Assembly: GCA_963765205.1 (NCBI GenBank)
Contig: CAVXVB010000009.1
Location: 914,590 to 978,589, forward strand
DNA: 64,000 bases
Reading direction: 5' to 3'
DNA from: an uncultured Verrucomicrobiae bacterium
GTDB taxonomy: Bacteria; Verrucomicrobiota; Verrucomicrobiia; Opitutales; JABDGR01
The number at the start of each line of letters is the position of its first letter. Positions within the stretch are counted from its first letter, which is position 1. The notes under the pieces were generated by a model. That model made no database searches. It saw only the letters and a list, made by a program, of their open reading frames with translations, and was not told where the DNA came from. This document shows positions 1 to 8,590 of the stretch, in pieces. Position numbers and translations under genes: made by a program.

Positions 1-594
1 GATGGTCCCCACCCCGAATGTCATGCCGAGAGCCAGCGTCAAAATGGACACCTGAATGTTATGCGTCATCAACTCGGCGGAAAAGGTGGCCTTGACCCCG
101 TTATATTTGTCAGTCGTGGCATTCTCCTCTTTGGCCACACGCTTGGCTGGGTCCTGCATCAGGCCGGCAAAGGGCATGAGCATCGGCTTGGAATCGGGGT
201 CCAACCCGATGGCCAACGCGCCAAAGAGGCAGCCCACGAGGGTAATGGCGAGGGACAGCCAGAAGGCGCGCACATGGCGGCGGAACGTCTGCGGTAATTC
301 GCGCGCAAACCACTCGCCCAGCCTGAACCGGCGCGCAGGCTGCCGCGTCTCGTGAATTTCGCTGTAGGCTCGCGCCACGAGGTTCTCCAGGTAGTGGCGC
401 GTTTGCGGCTCGGCGGAAAAAGTGGAGATTTTCGCCAGCGCGGCCGAGGCGCGTTCATACAACTCGTGAAAGTGCCGAACTTGTTGCAGCGACATGGTTG
501 CGCCCGGGTCGCTCTCGAGACGGTCGAGCAGCGCCTCGAGTTCGGCCCAGCCGGAGCGCTCCTGGGCGAGAAAGCGCTGGAGGTCAATGATCAC
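1..594 (-). CDS. SpoIIM-like (stage II sporulation protein M family) integral membrane protein, C-terminal part cut by window edge
   Basis: Not in the ORF track because there is no stop in the window. My reverse translation starts at GTG 594-592, which overlaps the stop of the upstream DUF58 gene (GTGA). It stays open for 198 codons to position 1: IIDLQRFLAQERSGWAELEALLDRLE...RRHVRAFWLSLAITLVGCLFGALAIGL...ELMTHNIQVSILTLALGMTFGVGTI. Family call rests on the recalled HNI/G.T.G membrane motif and the usual neighbourhood. An alternative start is ATG at 495. Confidence 0.55.
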   Translation of the reverse strand, partial: MIIDLQRFLAQERSGWAELEALLDRLESDPGATMSLQQVRHFHELYERASAALAKISTFSAEPQTRHYLENLVARAYSEIHETRQPARRFRLGEWFARELPQTFRRHVRAFWLSLAITLVGCLFGALAIGLDPDSKPMLMPFAGLMQDPAKRVAKEENATTDKYNGVKATFSAELMTHNIQVSILTLALGMTFGVGTI

Positions 595-1931
595 AGCAGT
601 TGCCTTTGTTTGACGCGCAGGTATTGCGACACCAGTTCCGCGCTGAATTTCTCGTTTTTGAGCAGCGAGAAATGCACGCCGCGCCGTTGGAGCACTTTTT
701 CCAGTTCGCGCAAATTCTGCCACGCCAGGTGCCCGCCGAGGCGCTGATACAAATCGCCCATTGTGTTTACGTCCAGCGCGGTGAACAGCGGGCCGACGCC
801 CGGAGGCTGGAGCATATTCACCAGCACCAGGTGTTGCCGGCGGACCAATTCCACGTTCTTCACGAAACTTGACGCCAGTTCGGGATTGTCCAGCGCGGTG
901 AGAAACACCAGCAGCGTGCGCCGGCGCATCCGCAGGCGGATGAACGTGCAAATTTCGTCAAAATCCGGGGAGACGATTTTGGGCTGGAGGGTATACAGTT
1001 TGTCCCGGCAGGCGCCATAATGGGCCGCGCCGTTGCCCGCGCGCACGAAGGAGCCGACTTTGTCGTCAAACACCAGCACGCCGAACAAGTCGCCCTGCTG
1101 CTCGGCCGCCAGACCCAGCGACAACGCGGCGGTCAGGTAAAGTTCGAGGACGGGCGCGGGTGTGGCGCCCGGCGCACGCACCACCGGCCGCGTGGAGAGC
1201 CGCGAGACATCGAGTACAACATAGACCTCCTGCGTGCGTTCAATTTGAAAAACTTTGGTAATCGGCCGACCACGCTTGGCCGTGGTTTTCCAGTGGATGT
1301 CCTCGTAGCCGTCACCGGCCACATATTCGCGGAGTTTCTCGAATTCGTGGCCCTTGCCAACTTGTCGCTGCGAGTGGGTCCCATACGTGCCGCGGTTTAA
1401 AAAAAGCGCGGCCAGGCTGCGGCGGTCTTCCCGCAAATTCGGATACACGCGGATTTCCGCGCGGACGGGCGCGGTTTGGCGCAGGCTCCACAGGCCCAGC
1501 GGCGAACTCGCTTCGAGGTAAACGGCGTCGAGGTGGTAGCAGCCGCGCTGGCGGGGGCAACACGGCCACGCAAAATGCGACGCCACGACTGCGCCCGGCA
1601 GCGCGACTTCAATATCCTCGCGCTCGGATTCAATTTCGCGCGGCAGCGCAAGGCCAACGCGCAAGCGCAGGGGTTGCTGGTGCTCGTTGCGCACCTGCAA
1701 GTCCAATTTCGAGTCGCGATCCTTAGACATACGCGCCACCGCGGGTAACACGACGCTCAGTCCTCCAAAACTCCCGCGCGCACCCAGCGCATCCACCCCT
1801 GCGACGAGGACGAGCGCGCCGACCGCCGCCACCGCTGCCAACGTCCCGGCCGGGCCGGTGGCGGCCAACAGCGCGAAGGGTGGCGCGATCAGCGCCACCC
1901 ACAAAAGCAATTTAGTGCGCGGCACGATCAT
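591..1931 (-). CDS. DUF58 family protein (vWA-like partner of MoxR ATPases)
   Basis: 446-aa ORF with N-terminal hydrophobic helices (LLLWVALIAPPFALLAATG...VGALVLVAGV). The core HEFEKLREYVAGDGYEDIHWKTTAKRGRPITKVFQIERTQEVYVVLD matches the DUF58 pattern as I recall it. Its ATG overlaps the MoxR stop (ATGA at 1928-1931). Confidence 0.8.
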   Translation of the reverse strand: MIVPRTKLLLWVALIAPPFALLAATGPAGTLAAVAAVGALVLVAGVDALGARGSFGGLSVVLPAVARMSKDRDSKLDLQVRNEHQQPLRLRVGLALPREIESEREDIEVALPGAVVASHFAWPCCPRQRGCYHLDAVYLEASSPLGLWSLRQTAPVRAEIRVYPNLREDRRSLAALFLNRGTYGTHSQRQVGKGHEFEKLREYVAGDGYEDIHWKTTAKRGRPITKVFQIERTQEVYVVLDVSRLSTRPVVRAPGATPAPVLELYLTAALSLGLAAEQQGDLFGVLVFDDKVGSFVRAGNGAAHYGACRDKLYTLQPKIVSPDFDEICTFIRLRMRRRTLLVFLTALDNPELASSFVKNVELVRRQHLVLVNMLQPPGVGPLFTALDVNTMGDLYQRLGGHLAWQNLRELEKVLQRRGVHFSLLKNEKFSAELVSQYLRVKQRQLL

Positions 1932-2887
1932 CGCGGGACGGCGACCAGTTGGAGGATTTGTTGGATGACTTCGTTCATGCCCAGGCCCTCGATTTCAAAT
2001 TCCGGGCGCAAGATGAGGCGGTGTTCGAGCACGGGGGGGGCCATCACCTTGATGTCGTCCGGCGTCACGAAGTCGCGCCCGGACATCGTGGCGTAGGCGC
2101 GCGCCGCCATGATGAGCGACTGCGTCGCGCGCGGACCCGCGCCGACCAGGACGCTCTCGTGCTGGCGCGTGGCGCGCACCACATCCACCAAATAGGCGAG
2201 CAATTCATCGCGCAGGGTGACGGCGCCCAATTGCTCGCGCAGCGCCACCAAATCCTCCGCCTGGATGACGGGCTGCACCGCGCCTTGAGCCAGCAACGTC
2301 TCGGGCGCGTCCTTGGTCATCGTGCGCTGGGCAAGCAGCAGTTCATCGGCGCGTTCCGGGGCGGCCATGGTGATTTTGAGCATAAAGCGGTCTTTTTGCG
2401 CTTCGGGCAGTGGGTAGGTGCCTTCGTATTCGATGGGGTTTTGCGTGGCAAAAACCGTAAAGTTTGACGGCAGGGTGTAGGTTTCCCGGTCAATGGTAAC
2501 GGTGCGCTCCTGCATCGCCTGCAATAAAGCGGACTGAGTTTTCGCCGGAGCGCGGTTGATTTCGTCGGCCAGCAGAAACGAGGTGAAGATGGGCCCTTTG
2601 GCGACGGAAAATTCGTTGCGCTGGAGGTTGTAGATGCCCGTACCGGTGATGTCGGCGGGCATCAGGTCGGGCGTGAACTGGATGCGCGAAAAGTCGCAGC
2701 CCAGCACCTGGGCGAGTGTGCGCACCAGCAAGGTTTTGGCCACGCCGGGCACGCCCTCGATGAGGGCGTGGTTGCCGGTGAAGATGACGATAAGCGCCTT
2801 CTCAATAACGTCATGCTGGCCGATGATGACCTTGGCGGCTTCTTGCCGGGCGCAGGCAAGGATTTCCTTGAGTTTTTCGTTATTCAT
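1928..2887 (-). CDS. MoxR-family AAA+ ATPase
   Basis: ORF 1928..3085 trimmed to ATG 2887 (MNNEKLKEILACARQEA...). The upstream part of the ORF overlaps the preceding gene and is Arg/Pro-rich off-frame-like sequence. Walker A is GVPGVAKT; LLADEINRAPAKTQSALLQAMQERTVT is typical of MoxR. It overlaps the upstream gene stop by 8 nt. Confidence 0.9.
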   Translation of the reverse strand: MNNEKLKEILACARQEAAKVIIGQHDVIEKALIVIFTGNHALIEGVPGVAKTLLVRTLAQVLGCDFSRIQFTPDLMPADITGTGIYNLQRNEFSVAKGPIFTSFLLADEINRAPAKTQSALLQAMQERTVTIDRETYTLPSNFTVFATQNPIEYEGTYPLPEAQKDRFMLKITMAAPERADELLLAQRTMTKDAPETLLAQGAVQPVIQAEDLVALREQLGAVTLRDELLAYLVDVVRATRQHESVLVGAGPRATQSLIMAARAYATMSGRDFVTPDDIKVMAPPVLEHRLILRPEFEIEGLGMNEVIQQILQLVAVPR

Positions 2888-4139
2888 GGTGATGAAGAAG
2901 GCTTGGCGAGGACGGGAGGAGGGGGGGGAAAGCGGGGCGCTTGAGCAGCGCCACCACGCGCGCATAGGCCTGGACGGGGTCGCGCGCGCGGGGCGGCAGG
3001 GCCTTTTCCGCGTTGATGACCGCCTCGACTTCAGCCACTTTGACGCCGGGACGCGCGGCGGCGGAAGATTTTTTCCATTCGGCAAAGCATTTTTCGAGCA
3101 AATCCCCGGCGGGGATGTTGCGGCGCAACAAATTCACAAATCCTGTGGCTGCATCCCGGCCCAGCACATCACTAGCGCCTTTTTCGGCCTCGATCGGCGG
3201 CACGAGGCTGGTGCTGTTTTTCCAAATGAACAACAAAGCCAAGAGCGCAAAGGCGCCGACCAGTCCCGCCAAATGATAGCGGCGGATAAGGGCGGCGACG
3301 CCGGGCGCCTCCATGATGCCAAAGTGGGCTTCGTCGAACACGATATTGTGGCCCGGGCCAATTAGCCAACTGAGCCAGTTGGCGTGGCGGTCGAGGCGCA
3401 ACGCTTCATTGCTCAAAAAATAGCCGTCGGTGGCCATCACGACGGTGCCCGGCCCGAAGTGGCGCTCGATCACAACGGCATTGTGGTCCTGGGCGTAAAT
3501 TTTCTGCCAGGCCGGATCGAGATTCGCGAAATAAAGACCGCTATGCCATTCGAGCTTGGCCGGCAGCGCCAGTCCTGAAACGTTGTTCACCGTGACCGAC
3601 GGGTTGGAATCCTCGCTCAGCACATCGGCGAATTTGAATTCCAGCCCCCACTTGTCCTTCAGCACCACGGTGGTATCTTCATCGTCGTCGTTGGCGGATT
3701 TTTTGGCGATGGGCTTGGCGGGTTTGCTGGAGTTGTCCGTGGTCGCCGCAACGGGTTCGTCTTCGGGTAAAACATCCCCCAGCATCGGTTTGAAAACAAC
3801 CACCAGCCGGCCGCCGCACGCGAGGAATTTTTCGATTTCGCCGAACAAATCGCCGGGAACTTCCGCCCACTCGTCCGTGCTCGCGCCCAAATGCAAATAG
3901 ACCGTATTGGGCGTCTCGGACAGGTTATTGGTGGCGCTGAAGTCGCGCGCCACCGTCAGGCCCGGGATGCCGGCCAGGCTTTCATAAAAGGCCATGGTGC
4001 CCAGCGGGTCGCTGCGCAGCGAGGAATAGGGCGGGTAAACGTCGCCCCGGTCGAGGCGCATTTGCAGCAGCCACGTCAAACCCAGGGCAAACGTGAGCGC
4101 GCCCAGGGCCAGCAGGGCGATGGCGGCGGATTTTCTCAT
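2880..4139 (-). CDS. DUF4350-like secreted/membrane-anchored protein
   Basis: ORF 2880..4217 trimmed to ATG 4139 (MRKSAAIALLALGALTFALGLTWLL, a signal/anchor). GTMAFYESLAGIPGLTV resembles the DUF4350 N-terminus. A second TM lies near AALIRRYHLAGLVGAFALLALLFIW. The ATG overlaps the upstream stop (ATGA 4136-4139). Confidence 0.6.
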   Translation of the reverse strand: MRKSAAIALLALGALTFALGLTWLLQMRLDRGDVYPPYSSLRSDPLGTMAFYESLAGIPGLTVARDFSATNNLSETPNTVYLHLGASTDEWAEVPGDLFGEIEKFLACGGRLVVVFKPMLGDVLPEDEPVAATTDNSSKPAKPIAKKSANDDDEDTTVVLKDKWGLEFKFADVLSEDSNPSVTVNNVSGLALPAKLEWHSGLYFANLDPAWQKIYAQDHNAVVIERHFGPGTVVMATDGYFLSNEALRLDRHANWLSWLIGPGHNIVFDEAHFGIMEAPGVAALIRRYHLAGLVGAFALLALLFIWKNSTSLVPPIEAEKGASDVLGRDAATGFVNLLRRNIPAGDLLEKCFAEWKKSSAAARPGVKVAEVEAVINAEKALPPRARDPVQAYARVVALLKRPAFPPLLPSSPSLLHHHE

Positions 4140-5923
4140 TCGACGCTCCTCAATTTGTCGGTCTGTGCGGAAAACCCGGCCACCAGCTCCGTATTGGCTT
4201 CGTACAGGCCATACCACACGCGCTCGAAGGTGCCGACCATCTCGGCAAACGCCGGCGGCAGTTGCGGCAGTGCGTGGCTGCGGCGGCGCAACTCGCGTTC
4301 GTAGTCGCGGTTCGATTTAAATTTGGCCAGGCTGATGAGGTTGCGCGCGGCCAGATTCGCCAGCGCGGAAAGGTAAAACGCGCGCAAGGCCAAGCGGTAT
4401 TCGCCGCGCTCCAGCAGCTCGCGCGCCAGCTTGATCCAGCCATCTTCCGGCAATTGCTCGGCGCCAAAATTTTCATCCGCCAGGTCGGGCGCGCTGGGGA
4501 GCGCAAGGGTGGTGATGAGCGCGGCATTCTTCCGGTGGTCACTCCAAAACCGATAGAGAAAGAGGGCCAGCGCGCACACGACCACAGCAATCAAGAGGAA
4601 CAACAAAGCTTGCGAAAAAGTCATGCCACTCAGGAGCGATGATACTGCCACGCCGGCGCTGCGCGGGGAAAAAATCTTGTCCCACCAGCGGCGCAGCAGC
4701 GCCTGCACCTTCACCAGCCAGTCATGCAATATTTCGCGGACCCGGGTGATGAACCGGCCAATCACGCCCTGATCCTGCCCGTCGTCCGCGTTTGCATCCT
4801 GCGGCATCCGCCAGGCGTATTTGTCCTGGCGGATGACGTTGGCGATGGAATGTTCCAGATCCGCCGGCGGGATGCCGCCCGGGCTGACCGACGTCGGCGG
4901 GGACGATGGCGCTGCGGTGGAGGCGGCTGAGAGGGGCGGCGCAGATGGCGCATCGGCGGCCCGCAGCCCGCCGACTCCAACCACCATCAACAGCAGGGCC
5001 ACGGCCGCGACGGTGGAGCGGGCCTCAATTAGCGCGCGTTGGAGGCGGACTTTTAGATCCTGGCCCGAATGCCGGGCTTCGCCATAAAAACACCGCAGCG
5101 CCGCCATGGTCTTGAGCAAAGGGTCCAGGCACAGATACGTCAACCCGGCGATGGCCGCCAAGAACGTGGAATTCCACAATAGCGCCGAACCGGCGCGCGA
5201 AAAGGACGACTCGATGCCCAAAAGGTGTTCAGCCAGTTGGGGCAGGATGTAACAGAAGGACATCCAGTTCAAAAACACAAAGAAGGCAAACAAGGCCAGC
5301 AACACCTGCGCGGTGGCGTTCTGCCGCAGGGACCATCCCGCAAACTGGCCGGCCTTTTTCAATAGGGTGCCGAGCGGCTGCGCCTCACCCTCGTCCAGCA
5401 CCGTCAGGTGTTGAAAGAATGCCATCGGCACGGAAAAGATCAGCGTGCAAATCTCCAGTCCAACCATGAGCAGCAACATGGCCAGTGGCGGGGCGGCGGA
5501 AAAAATTTGCCGCAGATGGTCTTTTTCAATCCAGACCAGCAGCAGCGGTGGCGCGGCCAGCAGCAGGCCGAACGGTTGTACCGCCATTTGCGTCATCCAA
5601 ACGCGCTGGGCACGCCGGAAACTCCAGGGCGCGGGCGGCACACCGGCGATTTTTGCGCAGATTTGCCGCGCAAATACATTTTGCCAGAATTTCATCCACC
5701 CATACAACAACGCCAGGCCGAGCGCCGCCTCCGCATCGTGGTTCCGTGCCAAGGGATTGAGGCTCATATCCGCCCAAAAATACACCAGACCAAGGACGAA
5801 CGGCAGCGCGCCCAGGTAGTAGCAGACCAACGCCGCCGGCGGCGCCGAGCGCAGGACGTGCGTCGCCTCCTCGATCAAGTCGGTCGCGGCCCGGCCCGGC
5901 TTCTGGCGGATGATGCGCTTCAT
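4136..5923 (-). CDS. Polytopic membrane protein with C-terminal DUF4129 domain
   Basis: ORF 4136..6067 trimmed to ATG 5923 (MKRIIRQKPG...). Multiple hydrophobic segments. The C-terminus LARELLERGEYRLALRAFYLSALANLAARNLISLAKFKSNRDYERELRRR matches the DUF4129 pattern as I recall it. Confidence 0.65.
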   Translation of the reverse strand: MKRIIRQKPGRAATDLIEEATHVLRSAPPAALVCYYLGALPFVLGLVYFWADMSLNPLARNHDAEAALGLALLYGWMKFWQNVFARQICAKIAGVPPAPWSFRRAQRVWMTQMAVQPFGLLLAAPPLLLVWIEKDHLRQIFSAAPPLAMLLLMVGLEICTLIFSVPMAFFQHLTVLDEGEAQPLGTLLKKAGQFAGWSLRQNATAQVLLALFAFFVFLNWMSFCYILPQLAEHLLGIESSFSRAGSALLWNSTFLAAIAGLTYLCLDPLLKTMAALRCFYGEARHSGQDLKVRLQRALIEARSTVAAVALLLMVVGVGGLRAADAPSAPPLSAASTAAPSSPPTSVSPGGIPPADLEHSIANVIRQDKYAWRMPQDANADDGQDQGVIGRFITRVREILHDWLVKVQALLRRWWDKIFSPRSAGVAVSSLLSGMTFSQALLFLLIAVVVCALALFLYRFWSDHRKNAALITTLALPSAPDLADENFGAEQLPEDGWIKLARELLERGEYRLALRAFYLSALANLAARNLISLAKFKSNRDYERELRRRSHALPQLPPAFAEMVGTFERVWYGLYEANTELVAGFSAQTDKLRSVE

Positions 5924-5937
5924 GGTGGGCGGAGGCG

Positions 5938-6249
5938 TCAATGGGCTTGCCACACGGAATTTTCGTGCGACGATGTTGGAATTTGCAGCAAACCCTCGGC
6001 AAGAACGTAGAAAAAGAACCAGGCCAGGATGAAGCCCGTCAAGCCCACCGCAGCGCAGCGCACCCACGCTAGACTACGCCGGGAGACCGGCGCGGCCCGC
6101 GCCAGTTGAGCCAGACAGGCGGCGCAAATGACCTTGTCATCGTGCTCCGTGATGCATTCGCGGCAAAAAAAATTTCCGCACGCCGGGCAGCGCGCCACCG
6201 CTTCGCGTCCGGCGTGGTTGTAGCAGCGTTGATGGATCAGGCTGGGCAT
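5938..6249 (-). CDS. B-box-type zinc-finger protein with C-terminal TM helix
   Basis: 103-aa ORF. CYNHAGREAVARCPACGNFFCRECITEHDDKVICAAC has the pattern C-x2-H-x8-C-x2-C-x4-C-x2-C...C-x2-C. It is followed by the hydrophobic segment VRCAAVGLTGFILAWFFFYVLA. Confidence 0.6.
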   Translation of the reverse strand: MPSLIHQRCYNHAGREAVARCPACGNFFCRECITEHDDKVICAACLAQLARAAPVSRRSLAWVRCAAVGLTGFILAWFFFYVLAEGLLQIPTSSHENSVWQAH

Positions 6250-6270
6250 GGGAGTGGCGGGCTGTTTGAT

Positions 6271-6867
6271 TTAAGATTCAATGACCGGCGGAGCTTCGTG
6301 GTAGGGGGGAGGTGCGGCCGCCGCTTCCGCCGCCTGCGCGGCGCGCATCCGCTCCGGGATTTCCGCCGGCGTCAACTGGCCCTGCGCCGCCACCACCAGC
6401 GGCCGGAGCCGATTCAGAGCCCTATACGCGTGCCCCAACCGGCTGAGCGGCGGCAATTCCTCGATCTGCACCGCCGTTTGCAAATAAGTCTGGACGGTCG
6501 GCCCCGCCGCCTGGTTGATCAGCAAGAGCACGGCCAGCACCGACGCAAGCAGGCCAAAAAAGATGTCGCCACCGTTGAAGAATCCGACCCCCGACTCATG
6601 CCACAAAAGCGCAGTAATGACAAACATCGCCAGGGGCAGGCCCAGCAAGACGCTGGTCATCAGCCGGCGGTCGGTGCGGCGGATGATAAAGGCCTGGATG
6701 TCGCTGAAATAAAATCGTTTGTATTCCTCGGAGCCGATCTTTTTGTCAATGATCAGCAAATGATCCGGCCCGAGCCACAGGCTGGCGCGACCAGCGGAGA
6801 CGCTGATAAAGCCGCCGATCGTGCGCCGGCGAGAGCGGGTCAGACGGGTGTAGGCTGGCTCGGGCAT
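6271..6867 (-). CDS. Hypothetical membrane protein (possible bacterial PH-like N-domain plus 2 TM)
   Basis: 198-aa ORF in the operon frame. Contains LWLGPDHLLIIDKKIGSEEYKRFYFSDIQAFIIRR and then two hydrophobic helices. No family recognised with confidence. Confidence 0.5.
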   Translation of the reverse strand: MPEPAYTRLTRSRRRTIGGFISVSAGRASLWLGPDHLLIIDKKIGSEEYKRFYFSDIQAFIIRRTDRRLMTSVLLGLPLAMFVITALLWHESGVGFFNGGDIFFGLLASVLAVLLLINQAAGPTVQTYLQTAVQIEELPPLSRLGHAYRALNRLRPLVVAAQGQLTPAEIPERMRAAQAAEAAAAPPPYHEAPPVIES

Positions 6868-6894
6868 GGTGAAAATGGATGTGCGTATGCAGGG

Positions 6895-7563
6895 CTAAAA
6901 AGTTCCCGGCACGGGCAATGTAATACTGCCATGGAAGTTAATCAAATGGTGGCTGCCGGCATAGATAATGCCGATGATGGCAACGACCCATCCAATCAAC
7001 TCCAATACCCCGATAATGATGGCAATTACCAAGCGGGCCTTGGTACGGTGGACGAAGCTGCGCGGGGAATTCCAGTGGCGGATGGCGATGAAAATGGCCG
7101 CGGGCGCGGTAAAAATGGTGGCCAGAAACGAAAAGTAAAGAACCACCGTCAGGGAGAGCAGGAGCGGCCAGAGGACGAGGGCCAGCGCCAGGCTGTCGTA
7201 GTTGACCCGGCGGTTTTCCAAGCTTTTGATTTTGCCTTTTTTGCGACCCGCCTCCAGGCAAGACGGGCAGTAATGCTGGCCGTTCAATTCGCAATCGCAC
7301 AGCGCGCAAAGAAACCGCCCGCAGCCATCGCAGGGACGCACGGCCTTCTTTTGCGGGTGGTAGAAACAACTCGCTTCGTCCTCGAGTAAAATCCGCTCGC
7401 CATCCACCCCATGCGCCGCGCTACGGAACAAAGCCGGAAAAACCTCCGCCTGGACCGGTGAGCCGCAGAGGGCGCAGGGCGTCAGTCTCCCCGAGTTGAG
7501 AATGCCACTGTCCAGCGGCGCCTGGCACTGGCGCTTCGGGCATTTCACAACAAAGGCGGCCAT
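6895..7563 (-). CDS. Zinc-ribbon plus B-box zinc-finger multi-pass membrane protein
   Basis: 222-aa ORF. The N-terminus carries CPKRQC...CALC. It also has CFYHPQKKAVRPCDGCGRFLCALCDCELNGQHYCPSC, the same C-x2-H...C-x2-C pattern as the 5938-6249 gene. Three to four TM helices follow. Confidence 0.6.
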   Translation of the reverse strand: MAAFVVKCPKRQCQAPLDSGILNSGRLTPCALCGSPVQAEVFPALFRSAAHGVDGERILLEDEASCFYHPQKKAVRPCDGCGRFLCALCDCELNGQHYCPSCLEAGRKKGKIKSLENRRVNYDSLALALVLWPLLLSLTVVLYFSFLATIFTAPAAIFIAIRHWNSPRSFVHRTKARLVIAIIIGVLELIGWVVAIIGIIYAGSHHLINFHGSITLPVPGTF

Positions 7564-7570
7564 GGGGAAG

Positions 7571-8227
7571 CTAAGTGGAGATCACGCGGGTGTGGCAGAT
7601 GCGGTCATGCAGGGCCTGTTTCTCGGGATCAAACGCCACCATGATATATCCGATATACAGGGTGAAGTCGCTGAGCATCTTGCCAAAAAAGCGGCCAAAC
7701 GCGCGGGCGTAGGTGACTTTTTCGCCCTCGGGCGTGACGACCTTGAGTTTGCAGGCCATCTTGCCCAGCGTTGCACCCCACTTGCCAACGCAGACGGTTT
7801 CATAGACCATCCGCAACACGAAGGTGAACAGGAAGTTGAGGAGCATCAGGCCGATGTCAATTTTCGTCGGCGAGGGCGCGCCCATGGCGGCAAACATCCC
7901 CAAGCCAAAAAAGAGCCCCACGATCCCGGCCACAAAGCTCAGGATGATGATGTCAATAAACTGGGCGGCGAAGCGGATCCAAAACCCGGCGTAGCGCAGC
8001 CCGGGGGCTTCGACCCGCGCGCCTTCCGCCAGTTTCTGCATGAAGATGGGTTTGCAATTGGCGCACACATAGGTGTCGCCGTGGCGGATCATGTCCTGCG
8101 TGGAAAAGATCTTACCACATTCAAAGCACGGCCTGGTCTCGCCGCCGCCTACCGTGCCCAAGAGCGGCGGAGTGGCGGGCGCGGCACCCGGGGTATTGGG
8201 GCCAACTTGCGGGTTCCAGTCACTCAT
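7571..8227 (-). CDS. RDD-family membrane protein with N-terminal zinc ribbon
   Basis: 218-aa ORF with a CFECG...x17...CANC ribbon. The body YAGFWIRFAAQFIDIIIL...GATLGKMACKLKVV...ALHDRICHTRVI matches the RDD-domain pattern. It is the first gene of the minus-strand operon. Confidence 0.75.
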   Translation of the reverse strand: MSDWNPQVGPNTPGAAPATPPLLGTVGGGETRPCFECGKIFSTQDMIRHGDTYVCANCKPIFMQKLAEGARVEAPGLRYAGFWIRFAAQFIDIIILSFVAGIVGLFFGLGMFAAMGAPSPTKIDIGLMLLNFLFTFVLRMVYETVCVGKWGATLGKMACKLKVVTPEGEKVTYARAFGRFFGKMLSDFTLYIGYIMVAFDPEKQALHDRICHTRVIST

Positions 8228-8590
8228 GATTAGGAGGGGTTATGGGTTACAGTCTGTTAGCTTAAAATTCACCCGCGATGGCAAGACTAATCAGAACCAC
8301 GGATTGATGCGATGAGCGGCATCAATGGGTCTGCCTATGTCCTCTCGCAGATACATAAAGAGACTCCGCTGAACCCCAAAAGCGAACAAGAAAACATCAT
8401 TGGGCGGGAAAAGTTTATAATGGGCCGACTTGCACCCACTCCCGGTTGTTTTTTCTTCCCCTTGGTGGGCCACTGACGAATACGCATTGGGCTGGTTTCC
8501 GCCGATGAGATTTCGCATCCCAAGCCCAACTTGAGGGATGGATTTGCGTTGAACAATCCGCCGGCTTCATGTCTAAATACCCATCTCCCC

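Noticed and set aside
159-587. 142-aa minus-strand ORF listed in the track at the left edge
   Set aside because: It is Arg/Ser/Pro-rich and off-frame-like. A different minus frame is open over the whole 1-594 region, is start-coupled to the DUF58 stop, and gives a membrane protein with a recognisable motif.
6106-7389. 427-aa plus-strand ORF across the MoxR-module membrane genes
   Set aside because: It is antisense to three well-formed minus-strand genes, and its composition is Arg/Gln/Gly-rich and shadow-like. The same reasoning applies to 19002-19844, 19970-21391, 21497-22564, 25420-26904, 34278-35399, 35471-36775, 37051-38610, 38773-39861, 48261-49475, 55799-56824 and 59709-61313.
8228-8590. 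Divergent 360-bp region between the RDD operon and ytfQ, with track ORFs 8291-8518 and 8335-8592
   Set aside because: I looked for a riboswitch, small RNA or real CDS. I found only weak 5-bp hairpins and ORFs without motifs. Promoters are presumably here, but I could not place them reliably.
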